In this document: positions 42,934-52,196 of the stretch, piece by piece
Layout of the letters: each line of letters opens with the position of its first letter
Numbering within the stretch: the stretch's first letter is position 1
Virus record (IMG/VR): IMGVR_UViG_3300032893_000049
Coordinates: 1-59,732 of that record
DNA length: 59,732 nucleotides
Source of the DNA: a virus
Taxonomy: Duplodnaviria; Caudoviricetes
Direction: 5' to 3' (one strand)
Made by a program: the position numbers and the translations under genes
The notes under the pieces: model-generated
What the model saw: only the letters and a program-made list of their open reading frames with translations
Told to the model about the DNA's origin: nothing
The model's database searches: none

Positions 42934-45900
42934 GTGCCGGACCCGTACTTCCCGGCGGACCCGTCCGTTCCCCCGTTCTTCCCGCCTGGGGCGCCGTTCC
43001 AGGCGTGGACGGGCACCGGCGTCACCACCACGGCCGGCGGCGGCGGGACGGTCACCGAGGACGCCTCGACCCCGACCGCGGTCACCGCCACCGGCACCAG
43101 CGTGACCACAGCCAGCTTCACCCCGCCCGCCGGGTCGCTGATGGTGGCGATCGTGTCGGTCGGCAACGCGTCCGGGTCCGGCACCCAGACCGGGTCCGTG
43201 ACGGACTCCCAGACCGGGACGTGGGCGCTGGTCAAGCGGCAGAGCGGGTCCGGCACCGCCTGCTCGGAGATCTGGACCCGCACCGCGACCGGCGGATCCC
43301 TGACCGTCACCCTCACCGGCACGTCGTCCGGTGTGCAGCTGGCGGTGCGGGTCACCAACGGCACCGGCACCGGCGCGATCGCCGGGTCCGCGCCGACCGC
43401 CTACCAGGCTGCGATCACCACCACCACGACCGGCAGCCTCGTCTACGGGGCGGTCGCCGACGAGGTCGGCGCGGTCACCCTCGCCGCCAACGGGTCGACC
43501 AGCAACATCAAGGCGACCTCCGACGGCACGAACGGGGAGACGTACGGCGCCTTCAAGGCGGCGGCCACGACGGGTACCCCCGGCAGCATCACCCTCGGCT
43601 ACTCCACGACCGCGTCGAACGCGGCGCAGATCGTGCTGGTGGAGATCAAGCCGCCCGCGGGTGGTGGCGGGACGGGCACGTGGCAGCCGGCCCCGCGTCT
43701 GATCCGCCGGCCTGCGGTCCCGCCGGTGCAGCGTCGTCCCCGCGGCGCGAAGCCAGTCCCCGCGCAGGTGAACCCCCCGTACCCGTTGGCGCCGGCCGCG
43801 TCCCGGCTGCGCGGTGTCCGGGTGCTGCTGGAGGAGCAGGCCCGCCGCCGCGGCACCGTCGCGTCTCCGGTGCCGGCGCAGCAGCCCCCGGCCGCCCCGG
43901 CGTGGGTGCCGGTGCTGCCGCAGTGGCGGGTTTCCCGCGCCTGGCAGGCGTTGCGGCGCAACCAGCGCGGCGACCTCTACACCCCGCCGCAGGCGGTGCG
44001 GGCGCTGATCCCCGCGTACTTCTACCCCACCCTCGGGGACTGGGCGACCCTGGTCACGTATCCGAACCAGCCCGCCGCGATGATCGTCGACATTGCGTCC
44101 GGGCCGGGCACGAGCGTGAACACCGACTACCAGACGTGGATCCCGAACGCCGTCCGCGCCGGCATCACGTGCATCGCCTACGTGGACCTCAACTACGGGA
44201 CCCGCCCGCTCGGCACCAGCTCCGACACCGCGTCGAGCAACACCGTGTTGGGCGACATCAACGGCTGGCTCACCCTGTACCCGAGCGCGGGGATCGGCGG
44301 GTTCTTCTTCGACCGGACCGCCTCGGACACCGCGAATCTGGCGTTCACCACCAGCGCCGTGAGCTACGCCCGCTCCAAGGTCCAGGGCGGGATGGTCGTG
44401 ACCAACCACGGCACCTACCCCACCGAGGCCGGGTACATCCCGCTGACCGACGTGGCCCTGGTGTTCGAGAACGACTACCAGGCCGGCTACCAAGGGGTCT
44501 CGATCCCCAGCTACGCGGCCAGCTACGTGGCGGTGAACCCGCCCGCGAAGTTCATGCACCTGATCTACAACGTTCCTACGGCCGAGGCGATGGAGGTCGC
44601 TCTCGGCATCGCCGTGCGCAGCAACGTGGGCTGGTTCTACGCGACCTCCTCCTCTGCGACCCTGAACCCGCTGTCGACGTATTGGGCCAGCCGGGAACGG
44701 TTCGACCTGTGGACCGTGACCACGAGGCAGGACGACGGCACGGCACGGAAGTCGTTCCGGCCCGCCGGTGGCCTGTGGCGTCCCGCCGCCCGGGCACCCC
44801 GAGGGCACGCGTCGTCGCCGGTCCCCGCCCAGCAGGCTGTCACGGCGCCGACGTGGCCGCCGCAACCCGTCGCCGCCCGGGCGGCCAGGGCGTGGACGAT
44901 GCTGCGCCGCTACCAGCGCGGCGACACCACCGCCCCGATCGACCAGACGGCAGCACCCGCAGGCCGGCCGGTTCGTCGTGTGCTGCCGTGGCAGCGGCGA
45001 CCCAAGACGCCCGGTGTCACGCCGCCGCAGTTCAACCCGCCGTACCCGGTGCAGCCTGCGACCGCGGACCGGCCCCGCCGTACCGTGGCGTTCCTGCGGC
45101 GGCCCCGGGTCTCGTCGGTCACGCCACCGCAGTTCAACCCGCCGTGGCTGCCTGTCCTGGTGCGGGGACGCCGCCCCACCCAACTGCTGGTGCGGCGCGG
45201 GTTCGGTGACACGGCACCACCGGTCGACCAGGCCTCGGCGCCGGCGCCACAGCGGGCCCGGCGCACGGTCCCGGCCCTGCCGCGGCGGGCGAAAACACCG
45301 GGCGTGACCCCACCGCAGTTCAACCCGCCGTGGGAGCCGGTCGTCCGATCCGTGCGGCGGGCCGTCCCCGCGTTGGCGCGCAGGGGCCGGGCCGTGTTCC
45401 CGGTGCAACCGCAGACCGTGTTCACCAACCCGCCGTGGCAGCCGGTCGTGCTGTCGGCGCGGCGGGCTGTCGGCCTGCTCAAGCGGTCCCGCACCGCGAG
45501 CCCGGTTCCCGCGCAGCAGACCGTCGTCCCGCCCGCGTGGGTGCCCGCCGTTGTCGCTGGTCGCCCCGCCAAGGCGTGGGGGATGCTGCGGCGCGGACAG
45601 CGGGGGGACACGCTCCCGCCGATCGACCAGACCAGCCCACCGCAGGGCCGGTCCCGACGGGTCGGGGTGTGGCAGCGTCGGCCCCGGCCGACTGGGGTGA
45701 CGCCACCGCAGTTCAACCCGCCGTACCCAGTCGCGCCCGTCCGGGCCCGGCGCCCGTTCGGGCCCGGACGGCGGGGACGAACGGCAGGGCCCGTCCCGGC
45801 GCAGCAGCCGCTCACCCCGAGCGTGTGGATGCCGCTGCCGGTGCAGGCCCGGATGTCGCGGGCCTGGTCGGTGCTGCGCCGATCCAAGCCGGTCACGGCA

Positions 45901-46464
45901 GCCCCGGCACAGGCGGTCCCACCGCCACCGGCCAAGACGCGTCGCCCAGTGGGGCAGCCTCGCCGGCCCGGCATCACCAAGCCGGTACCGGCGCAGGTGA
46001 ACCCGCCATGGAAGCCGATCGTGGCAGCACCCCGCCTTCTGGCGGGCCTGCTGCCGCGGCGCGGGAAGACCGCGACCCCGGCACCCGCCCAGCAGACGAT
46101 CGTGCCTGCCCGGGTGCCGGCGCCGGTGTCCCCGCGGCGTCCGATCGTTGCCCGGTCCCGGCCCAGGACGGTCACCCCACCACCCGCACAGGCGGCGCCA
46201 CCGCCGCGAACGAGCGTGGGACGACGCCTGGTCGGGTGGGTGCGGCGCACCTTGCTCCGGCAGCCGCCCGCACCCCGCACCGTCGCACCGATCAACGTGC
46301 GGTTCGCCGTCACCCCGGCACGGGACACGTGGACGGCCCGCACCGAGCAGGCCGCCTGGGACACCCGGCAGGCCCGCGACGACTGGACGGCACGGACCGA
46401 ACAGCCCGGTTGGGATGCCCGGCCGGCAGTAACCCCGTGGGTGACCCGTCCCGACCAGCAGTGA
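42934..46464 (+). CDS. Large multidomain protein: beta-rich N-terminus, spherulin-4/GH135-like domain (~44000-44690), long Pro/Arg repeat region
   Basis: IPAYFYP, ASGPG, YVDLNYG-x-R, GFFFD, VTNHGT, VFEN; repeats TPPQFNPP, PVPAQQ, RAW-x-x-LRR-x-QRGD. Confidence 0.7.
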   Translation: MPDPYFPADPSVPPFFPPGAPFQAWTGTGVTTTAGGGGTVTEDASTPTAVTATGTSVTTASFTPPAGSLMVAIVSVGNASGSGTQTGSVTDSQTGTWALVKRQSGSGTACSEIWTRTATGGSLTVTLTGTSSGVQLAVRVTNGTGTGAIAGSAPTAYQAAITTTTTGSLVYGAVADEVGAVTLAANGSTSNIKATSDGTNGETYGAFKAAATTGTPGSITLGYSTTASNAAQIVLVEIKPPAGGGGTGTWQPAPRLIRRPAVPPVQRRPRGAKPVPAQVNPPYPLAPAASRLRGVRVLLEEQARRRGTVASPVPAQQPPAAPAWVPVLPQWRVSRAWQALRRNQRGDLYTPPQAVRALIPAYFYPTLGDWATLVTYPNQPAAMIVDIASGPGTSVNTDYQTWIPNAVRAGITCIAYVDLNYGTRPLGTSSDTASSNTVLGDINGWLTLYPSAGIGGFFFDRTASDTANLAFTTSAVSYARSKVQGGMVVTNHGTYPTEAGYIPLTDVALVFENDYQAGYQGVSIPSYAASYVAVNPPAKFMHLIYNVPTAEAMEVALGIAVRSNVGWFYATSSSATLNPLSTYWASRERFDLWTVTTRQDDGTARKSFRPAGGLWRPAARAPRGHASSPVPAQQAVTAPTWPPQPVAARAARAWTMLRRYQRGDTTAPIDQTAAPAGRPVRRVLPWQRRPKTPGVTPPQFNPPYPVQPATADRPRRTVAFLRRPRVSSVTPPQFNPPWLPVLVRGRRPTQLLVRRGFGDTAPPVDQASAPAPQRARRTVPALPRRAKTPGVTPPQFNPPWEPVVRSVRRAVPALARRGRAVFPVQPQTVFTNPPWQPVVLSARRAVGLLKRSRTASPVPAQQTVVPPAWVPAVVAGRPAKAWGMLRRGQRGDTLPPIDQTSPPQGRSRRVGVWQRRPRPTGVTPPQFNPPYPVAPVRARRPFGPGRRGRTAGPVPAQQPLTPSVWMPLPVQARMSRAWSVLRRSKPVTAAPAQAVPPPPAKTRRPVGQPRRPGITKPVPAQVNPPWKPIVAAPRLLAGLLPRRGKTATPAPAQQTIVPARVPAPVSPRRPIVARSRPRTVTPPPAQAAPPPRTSVGRRLVGWVRRTLLRQPPAPRTVAPINVRFAVTPARDTWTARTEQAAWDTRQARDDWTARTEQPGWDARPAVTPWVTRPDQQ

Positions 46465-46468
46465 GGGG

Positions 46469-46798
46469 GTGGCCGGGATGCCGATGCGGCAGAGCGCCCT
46501 CTCCTTGCAGTTCGTGGGCGCGTACGTGACGGCGCTGGTCAACGGCGCCACGTACAACCCGACCTCGGACGCGGTGGCGTTCGCGTTCACCGCGTCCGGG
46601 GTCGACCCGCAGGTGTCCGACTGGGTGGCCGGCGCGTGGGAGACCGTCGCCGGCCCACCCACCCAGTACAAGGCGAAGTGCCTGGTCGGTCCCGGCGGCA
46701 CGATCACCCTCGGCAAGGGCCTCTACGACGTGTGGGTGAAGGTCACCGACAGCCCGGAGGTGCCGGTCCTGTCCGTGGACACCCTGCAGATCTTCTGA
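46469..46798 (+). CDS. Ig-like (BppU-like) virion protein
   Basis: PTSDAVAFAF…W-x-x-G-x-W…LVGP…YDVWVKVTDSPEVPV. Confidence 0.65.
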   Translation: MAGMPMRQSALSLQFVGAYVTALVNGATYNPTSDAVAFAFTASGVDPQVSDWVAGAWETVAGPPTQYKAKCLVGPGGTITLGKGLYDVWVKVTDSPEVPVLSVDTLQIF

Positions 46799-46823
46799 CC
46801 CTTCACCGCAAGGAGAACCCCTG

Positions 46824-47057
46824 ATGTCGTACGGATTCAACGTCCGCAAGGTCGGCGACGAGCTGGTGCTGGAGAACCACAAGGCCGCAGCGGCTCACAT
46901 CCCCGACGGCGCGGTGTTCACCGTCAGCGGCCACGAGCCGAAGCCGGACACGTCGAAGGTCGCCAGCCTCAACGTGAGCCTCGCCGTGCACGTCGAGGGC
47001 CAGCCGTACCCGCAGCACGTCGCGCAGGCCGCCGCCACGTACAACACCGCTCGCTGA
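46824..47057 (+). CDS. Hypothetical protein
   Basis: AAGGAG RBS. Confidence 0.6.
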   Translation: MSYGFNVRKVGDELVLENHKAAAAHIPDGAVFTVSGHEPKPDTSKVASLNVSLAVHVEGQPYPQHVAQAAATYNTAR

Positions 47058-47097
47058 GCGGTTCTCCCTTCTCACCACCCTTTCCCCGGGGGCGGCC

Positions 47098-48657
47098 ATG
47101 ACCACGATGTTCGAGGCCGCCCTGGAGCAGTGGCAGGCCAGGGAGAACCCGCAACCCGTCAAGCGGGACCCGGTGTGGGAGCCGTACCCGAAGCAGCAGC
47201 AGGTCATGTCGCTGGCCGACGAGGTGTTCGAGCTGCTGTACGGCGGCGCGGTCGGCGGCGGCAAGAGCATGCTGCTGCGCTCCTACGCGGTCGAGTTCGC
47301 CCTGGACCACGCCGGCGCGCACATCGCGCTGGTGCGGCGCACCCTGCCGATGCTCAAGCAGACCCACGGCCTGCACATGGCCGCGTTGACCGCCGGTCTG
47401 GCGCGGGAGAATCGCACCGAGTGGACGTGGACGTTCAAGAACGGCTCCGTCATCCGGTTCATCTCGTTGCCGAACGAGGGCGACGAGCAGAACTACAAGT
47501 CCACCGAGTTCGACCTGTTGCTGTTCGACGAGGTCACCGAGTTGGCGGAGACCCAGTACACGTTCATGCTGACCCGGTTGCGGTCCGCCCGCGGCCACCG
47601 CGTCCATGCGATCGCCACCGCGAACCCTGAGGGTGTCGGGTTCCGGTGGGTGAAACGCCGGTTCGTGAAGCCCCGCCCCGAGGACCTCGCGGCAGGGCAG
47701 CCGCAGCCGAAACCGTTCGAGGCGTGGACGCCGCCGCTGGTGGTGGACGGGGAGATCGTCGACCACCAGCTGCCCCGCGCGTACATCCCGGCGACCATCC
47801 GGGACAACCCGGGCCTGATGAAGTCCAACCCCGGGTACGTCAAGCAGATCCTCGCGATCCCCGACCCCCGCCGGCGGCGGGCGCTGCTGGACGGCGACTG
47901 GGACGCGATGGACAACGTGCCCGGCGCCCTGTGGCAGCAGACGGTCATCGACCACTTCCGGGTCAACCAGCACCCCGACCTGGTGCGTGTCGTTGTCGCC
48001 CTGGACCCGTCCGGGTCCGCGACCGACGGCTCGGACGAGTGCGGGATCGTCGCCGTCGGGAAGGGCACCGACGGCCGGTACTACGTGCTGCGGGACCGGT
48101 CCGGGAGGTTCCTGCCCGACGAGTGGGCTGCCCGGGTCGCGGCCCTGCACGGGGAGCTCGCCGCTGACGCTGTCGTCGCCGAGATCAACTTCGGTGGCGC
48201 GATGGTCGAGGCGGTCCTCAAGCACGCCCACCCCACCTGCAAGGTGATCGTGGTGACCGCGTCGCGGGGCAAGGCGATCCGCGCGGAACCCATCTCGTGG
48301 CTGTACGCGAAGGGGCACGTCTCCCACGTCGGCCTGTTCGACCCGCTGGAAGACGAACTCACGCAGTGGACGCAGTCGTCCGGGTGGTCCCCGGGCCGCC
48401 TGGACGCCCTCGTGTGGGCGATCACCGAGCTGGCCGGCGGGGCATCCGCGTTGGCGTTCCTCACCGCCCTGTCCGCGCCGTGCCCGCACTGCAAGACCCC
48501 GAACACGGTGGGCCGGCCGGTGTGCGTGCGCTGCGGCCGGGACCTGCCGGTCCCGCCGCCGGACTGGGAGCACCCACCCACCCCCGACGACATGCAGCCG
48601 GTCCCGGGGAAGCCGTTCGGGGGCCTGTTCCTGGGGGATCTGCTCCCACCCACCTGA
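47098..48657 (+). CDS. terL: Terminase large subunit with C-terminal Zn ribbon
   Basis: YGGAVGGGKS, LLFDE, TANP…WVKRRF, DNP, ALDPS, EINFGG, RGK-x-x-RAEP, RLDALVWA; CPHC…CVRC. Confidence 0.93.
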   Translation: MTTMFEAALEQWQARENPQPVKRDPVWEPYPKQQQVMSLADEVFELLYGGAVGGGKSMLLRSYAVEFALDHAGAHIALVRRTLPMLKQTHGLHMAALTAGLARENRTEWTWTFKNGSVIRFISLPNEGDEQNYKSTEFDLLLFDEVTELAETQYTFMLTRLRSARGHRVHAIATANPEGVGFRWVKRRFVKPRPEDLAAGQPQPKPFEAWTPPLVVDGEIVDHQLPRAYIPATIRDNPGLMKSNPGYVKQILAIPDPRRRRALLDGDWDAMDNVPGALWQQTVIDHFRVNQHPDLVRVVVALDPSGSATDGSDECGIVAVGKGTDGRYYVLRDRSGRFLPDEWAARVAALHGELAADAVVAEINFGGAMVEAVLKHAHPTCKVIVVTASRGKAIRAEPISWLYAKGHVSHVGLFDPLEDELTQWTQSSGWSPGRLDALVWAITELAGGASALAFLTALSAPCPHCKTPNTVGRPVCVRCGRDLPVPPPDWEHPPTPDDMQPVPGKPFGGLFLGDLLPPT

Positions 48658-48678
48658 CCCTTGAGGGGAGGCCCAGCC

Positions 48679-49113
48679 GTGCAGGTGCTCACCAACGCCG
48701 GCCAGTACGTCGAGGTCAGCCAGTTCAACCCGTTCCCGGTCGCGCCGGCGTCGACGTTCACGACGTTCCTGACCTACCCGTCGACCGCGCAGGCCGCCGC
48801 GAACACGGGGACGTCGTTCTCGACCAGCGCGGTGACGTCGCTGGCCGTGGACGTCAACGTGACCGTGTTCACCGGCGGCGCCAGCCCGTCGGTGACGTTC
48901 TTCGTGGACCGGTTCGGCGCCGACGGTGTCTGGTATCGAACGTGGACGTCCACGGCGATCTCCACGGCGTCCAGCACGTCGGTGGTGATCGGGCCGTACC
49001 CGACGGCGACCGGTGTGGTCACCGCGGCGTTGACGTCGCTGGCCCGGTTCGGGTGGTCGTTCGCGGGCGCCCCCACGTCGGTCACGTTCTCCGCGTCCGT
49101 GGTCGGCCGCTGA
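48679..49113 (+). CDS. Putative virion structural protein (Thr/Ser-rich beta-sandwich)
   Basis: GGAGG RBS; VNVT-x-x-TGG-x-x-PS-x-TF…DG-x-W. Confidence 0.65.
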   Translation: MQVLTNAGQYVEVSQFNPFPVAPASTFTTFLTYPSTAQAAANTGTSFSTSAVTSLAVDVNVTVFTGGASPSVTFFVDRFGADGVWYRTWTSTAISTASSTSVVIGPYPTATGVVTAALTSLARFGWSFAGAPTSVTFSASVVGR

Positions 49114-49114
49114 C

Positions 49115-49621
49115 GTGCCGCACCCTGCTGGGGCGATCGGCCTCACCCACATCGGCGGCCGGCTCGGCGCCGCGATCCGGGTCGGGCAGCTCCTCAACGG
49201 GGCCGCCCCCCGGCACGCCCGCTGGACCCACGCCCTGATCGCTGTCGGGGACGGCACGATCGTGCAGGCCGAACCGGGCGGCGCTCAACGTGTCACCGAG
49301 GCCGCGGCCTGCGCGGGCCGTGAGGTCCTCTGGTTCTTCCCCGACGGCACCACCCCCGGGCAGCGGCAGGTGGCGGCCCGGGCGGCGACTGACCTGACCG
49401 GCGCCCCGTACAGCTTCGCCGACTATGCGGCTCTCGCCGCGGTCCGCCTGCACCTGGACCTGGTCGCGCACGGCCTGCGCGACTACGTCGCCGCGTCAGG
49501 CCGGCTGATCTGCTCCCAACTGGTCGACGAGGCGTACCGGCGGGCCGGGGTGGACCTGATCCCCGGACGCCGCCCCGGTGACGTCACCCCAGCCGACCTG
49601 GCCCGCCTCGCCATTCCCTGA
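49115..49621 (+). CDS. Permuted papain-like NlpC/P60 (YiiX/YebB-like) enzyme
   Basis: WTHA…VQAEPGG, GAPY, LICSQLVD-x-AY, VTPADL (His before Cys). Confidence 0.8.
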   Translation: MPHPAGAIGLTHIGGRLGAAIRVGQLLNGAAPRHARWTHALIAVGDGTIVQAEPGGAQRVTEAAACAGREVLWFFPDGTTPGQRQVAARAATDLTGAPYSFADYAALAAVRLHLDLVAHGLRDYVAASGRLICSQLVDEAYRRAGVDLIPGRRPGDVTPADLARLAIP

Positions 49622-49643
49622 CCGCGAGAGGGGTGCCCACACC

Positions 49644-52109
49644 GTGGCTCGCCGCAACCGCCGCCCCTCCTACAGTCCGCCCACCCAGCGGGCCACCACC
49701 CCCGGCGAGCTGGCCGCCGCGCTCACCCCCGACCTGGTGCAGGCCGTCGCCGCGGAGGTCGTCAAGCAGCTGCGCCTCCCGGCCGGCGCGACAGCGACGC
49801 CCGTGAACCCGATGGCGTTGCAGCAGCTGGCGATGGGCGGGTACGGGACTGGCTTCACCCGGCCGCTGGCGCCCGGCGGGTGGACGGACCCGAACGTCGC
49901 GTTCGGCCCCGGCGTGCCGATCCGGCCGGCTTCCATCGACCCGCTGGAGCCCGCGACGGGCCGGCCCCTGCCGCGCCGGTGGGAGTACCCGGTCACGTTC
50001 AACCTGCCTGGTGCGGGGGAGCGGGTCGTCCCCTGGAGCGTGCTGCGGCAGCTCGCCGACAACGTCAGCATCATCCGGCGGTGCATCGAGATCCGGAAGG
50101 CCGAGATGGTCGGCCTGGACTGGGATTTCGTCGTCGCCGAGTCCGTGTTCGAGAAGGAGATGCTGGACCAGGCGGTGACCCGCGCGGACGTCGCTGCCGC
50201 GAAGGCGGCCGCCGCCGGCGACCCGGACGCGAAGAAGGATCGGGACAAGCGGTCCCCGGTGACCCGCCACTCCATCGAGACCGCCGCGCGGGCCCGTAAC
50301 GCGGGGAGCATCGCCGAGCTGCGCCGCTGGTGGACCAAGCCGGACCGGATCGCCGACTGGACGTTCGAGGAGTGGCTGACCGCCGCCCTGGAGGAGCACT
50401 TCGTCCTCGACGCCCTCACCCTGTTCCCGCACGCCACGCTGGGCGGGGACCTGCACTCCGTCGAGATCATCGCCGGGGACACCATCAAGCCGCTGCTGGA
50501 CCACCGTGGGGCGGTCCCGCAGCCACCGAACCCCGCCTACCAGCAGATCCTGCACGGGTTCCCCCGCGGCGAGTTCACCGCCACCCCCGGGGAGGGCGAC
50601 GAGTTCGCGCGGGACACCCTGATCTACCGGCCCCGCTACCGGCGCGCCAACTCCCCGTACGGGTACTCCAACGTGGAGCAGGCGATCCTCGACGCCGACC
50701 TCTACATGCGCCGCTACCAGTGGATGCGCGCCGAGTACACCGACGGCGTCATCCCCGAGCTGATCCTCAAGGCGAACGCCCCGCTGACCCCGGACCAGCT
50801 GTACGCCTACGAGCGGATCTTCAACGACTTCCTGTCCGGGAACACCGCGGAACGGCACCGGGCGAAGGTCATCCCCGACGGGTTCGACCCGACGGTCATG
50901 ACGTCGGTGGATGAAAGGTACAAGCCGGACTACGACGAGCACCTGATCCGGTTGATCGCGTTGGCGTTCGACGTGATGCCGACCGAGCTGGGGTTCCCGC
51001 CCCGGGGAGGGTTGGGCGGCAAGGGGTTCGCCGACTCGGAGGAGAACGTCACCTACCGGAAGGCGATCCGGCCGACCACGAAGTGGCTGACCGGCATCCT
51101 GAACGAGATCTCCTCGACGTGGCTGCGGATGCCGGAGGAGCTGACGTTCCAGTTCCTGGGCTTGGAGGCCGAGGACGAGGCTGCCGCCCTGACCAGCATG
51201 GAGACGCTGGCCAGGGTGGCGGGCATCACGATCAACGAGATCCGGGACGAGACGGGCCGGCCCCGTTACGACGTGGCGGAGGCGGACATCCCGCTGATCA
51301 TCACCCAGCGGGAGGTCATCCCGCTGGAGGGTGCGATCGACCGGGCGAACGCCGCCGCGACGGCCCCACCGCCCGGCATGGCACCCCAGCCCGGCCAGCA
51401 GGGTCAACAGCTCGGCCAGCAGGGACAGCCCGGCCAGCAGCCCGGGCAGCAGCAGGTCACGAAGGCCGACGTCGGGGTCAGCGTCGCCGGGCTCGCCGTC
51501 GTCGCAGCCGACACCGGTCGGGTCCTCATGCTGCAGCGGGGCCTGGACGGCGACGACCCGAACGGCGGCCGATGGGAGTTCCCCGGCGGCCACCTCGAGG
51601 CCGGGGAGGAACCCCTCGCCGCCGCGAAACGGGAGTGGCAGGAGGAGACCGGCACCGAGCTGCCCACCGGCCAGGTGATCGGCTCGTGGGTGTCCGGCCC
51701 CTACCAGGGGTTCACGTACCGGGTCGACTCCGAGGACCTGGTGCGGCTCAACCCGGGCATCACCCGTACCGTCCTCAACCCCGACGACCCCGACGGGGAC
51801 CTCGTCGAGGTCGCCGCCTGGTGGGCGCCGGACCAGCTCGCCGACAACACCGCGGTCCGGCCGGAGCTCGCCGCGTCGCTGCCGCTGGTGTTGCAGGCCC
51901 TGGCGCCGGTCACGACCGTCGCGAAGGCGGCGGAGGCGCGGGCGTTCAAGCGGTTCGTGGAGAACACCCGCCGCGGCGGGCGTGCCTGGCGGGACTTCCA
52001 GTTCCGGGCGCACCCGTCCTGGCTGGGGAAGGCCGCCAACGACCTGGGCGGTGACGGCATGTACGACGCTGCCGTCCTGGCGTTGGAGTTCACCCTCACC
52101 GCCGCCTGA
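49644..52109 (+). CDS. Portal protein with inserted C-terminal Nudix hydrolase domain
   Basis: DTIKPLLD…AYQQ, YGYS-x-VE, FDVMPTELG, TINEIR; Nudix box GGHLEAGEEPLAAAKREWQEETG. Confidence 0.9.
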   Translation: MARRNRRPSYSPPTQRATTPGELAAALTPDLVQAVAAEVVKQLRLPAGATATPVNPMALQQLAMGGYGTGFTRPLAPGGWTDPNVAFGPGVPIRPASIDPLEPATGRPLPRRWEYPVTFNLPGAGERVVPWSVLRQLADNVSIIRRCIEIRKAEMVGLDWDFVVAESVFEKEMLDQAVTRADVAAAKAAAAGDPDAKKDRDKRSPVTRHSIETAARARNAGSIAELRRWWTKPDRIADWTFEEWLTAALEEHFVLDALTLFPHATLGGDLHSVEIIAGDTIKPLLDHRGAVPQPPNPAYQQILHGFPRGEFTATPGEGDEFARDTLIYRPRYRRANSPYGYSNVEQAILDADLYMRRYQWMRAEYTDGVIPELILKANAPLTPDQLYAYERIFNDFLSGNTAERHRAKVIPDGFDPTVMTSVDERYKPDYDEHLIRLIALAFDVMPTELGFPPRGGLGGKGFADSEENVTYRKAIRPTTKWLTGILNEISSTWLRMPEELTFQFLGLEAEDEAAALTSMETLARVAGITINEIRDETGRPRYDVAEADIPLIITQREVIPLEGAIDRANAAATAPPPGMAPQPGQQGQQLGQQGQPGQQPGQQQVTKADVGVSVAGLAVVAADTGRVLMLQRGLDGDDPNGGRWEFPGGHLEAGEEPLAAAKREWQEETGTELPTGQVIGSWVSGPYQGFTYRVDSEDLVRLNPGITRTVLNPDDPDGDLVEVAAWWAPDQLADNTAVRPELAASLPLVLQALAPVTTVAKAAEARAFKRFVENTRRGGRAWRDFQFRAHPSWLGKAANDLGGDGMYDAAVLALEFTLTAA

Positions 52110-52196
52110 CCGGCGCCGGAACCTCCGGGAGAGGACAAGTTCCGGCGCCCGGTCGCCTCCAGAACCTCACCGACCCGTGAAGTTCTGGAGGCGACC

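Noticed and set aside
44750-46300. Repeats as DGR template/variable regions or CRISPR
   Set aside because: In-frame peptide repeats with synonymous divergence; no reverse transcriptase or cas gene in window
42139-46716. 1525-aa minus-strand ORF, and similar long antisense ORFs (25720-28131, 46969-49257, 49584-52013, 53020-55236)
   Set aside because: Shadow frames of high-GC genes; no motifs, and the opposite strand has clear genes
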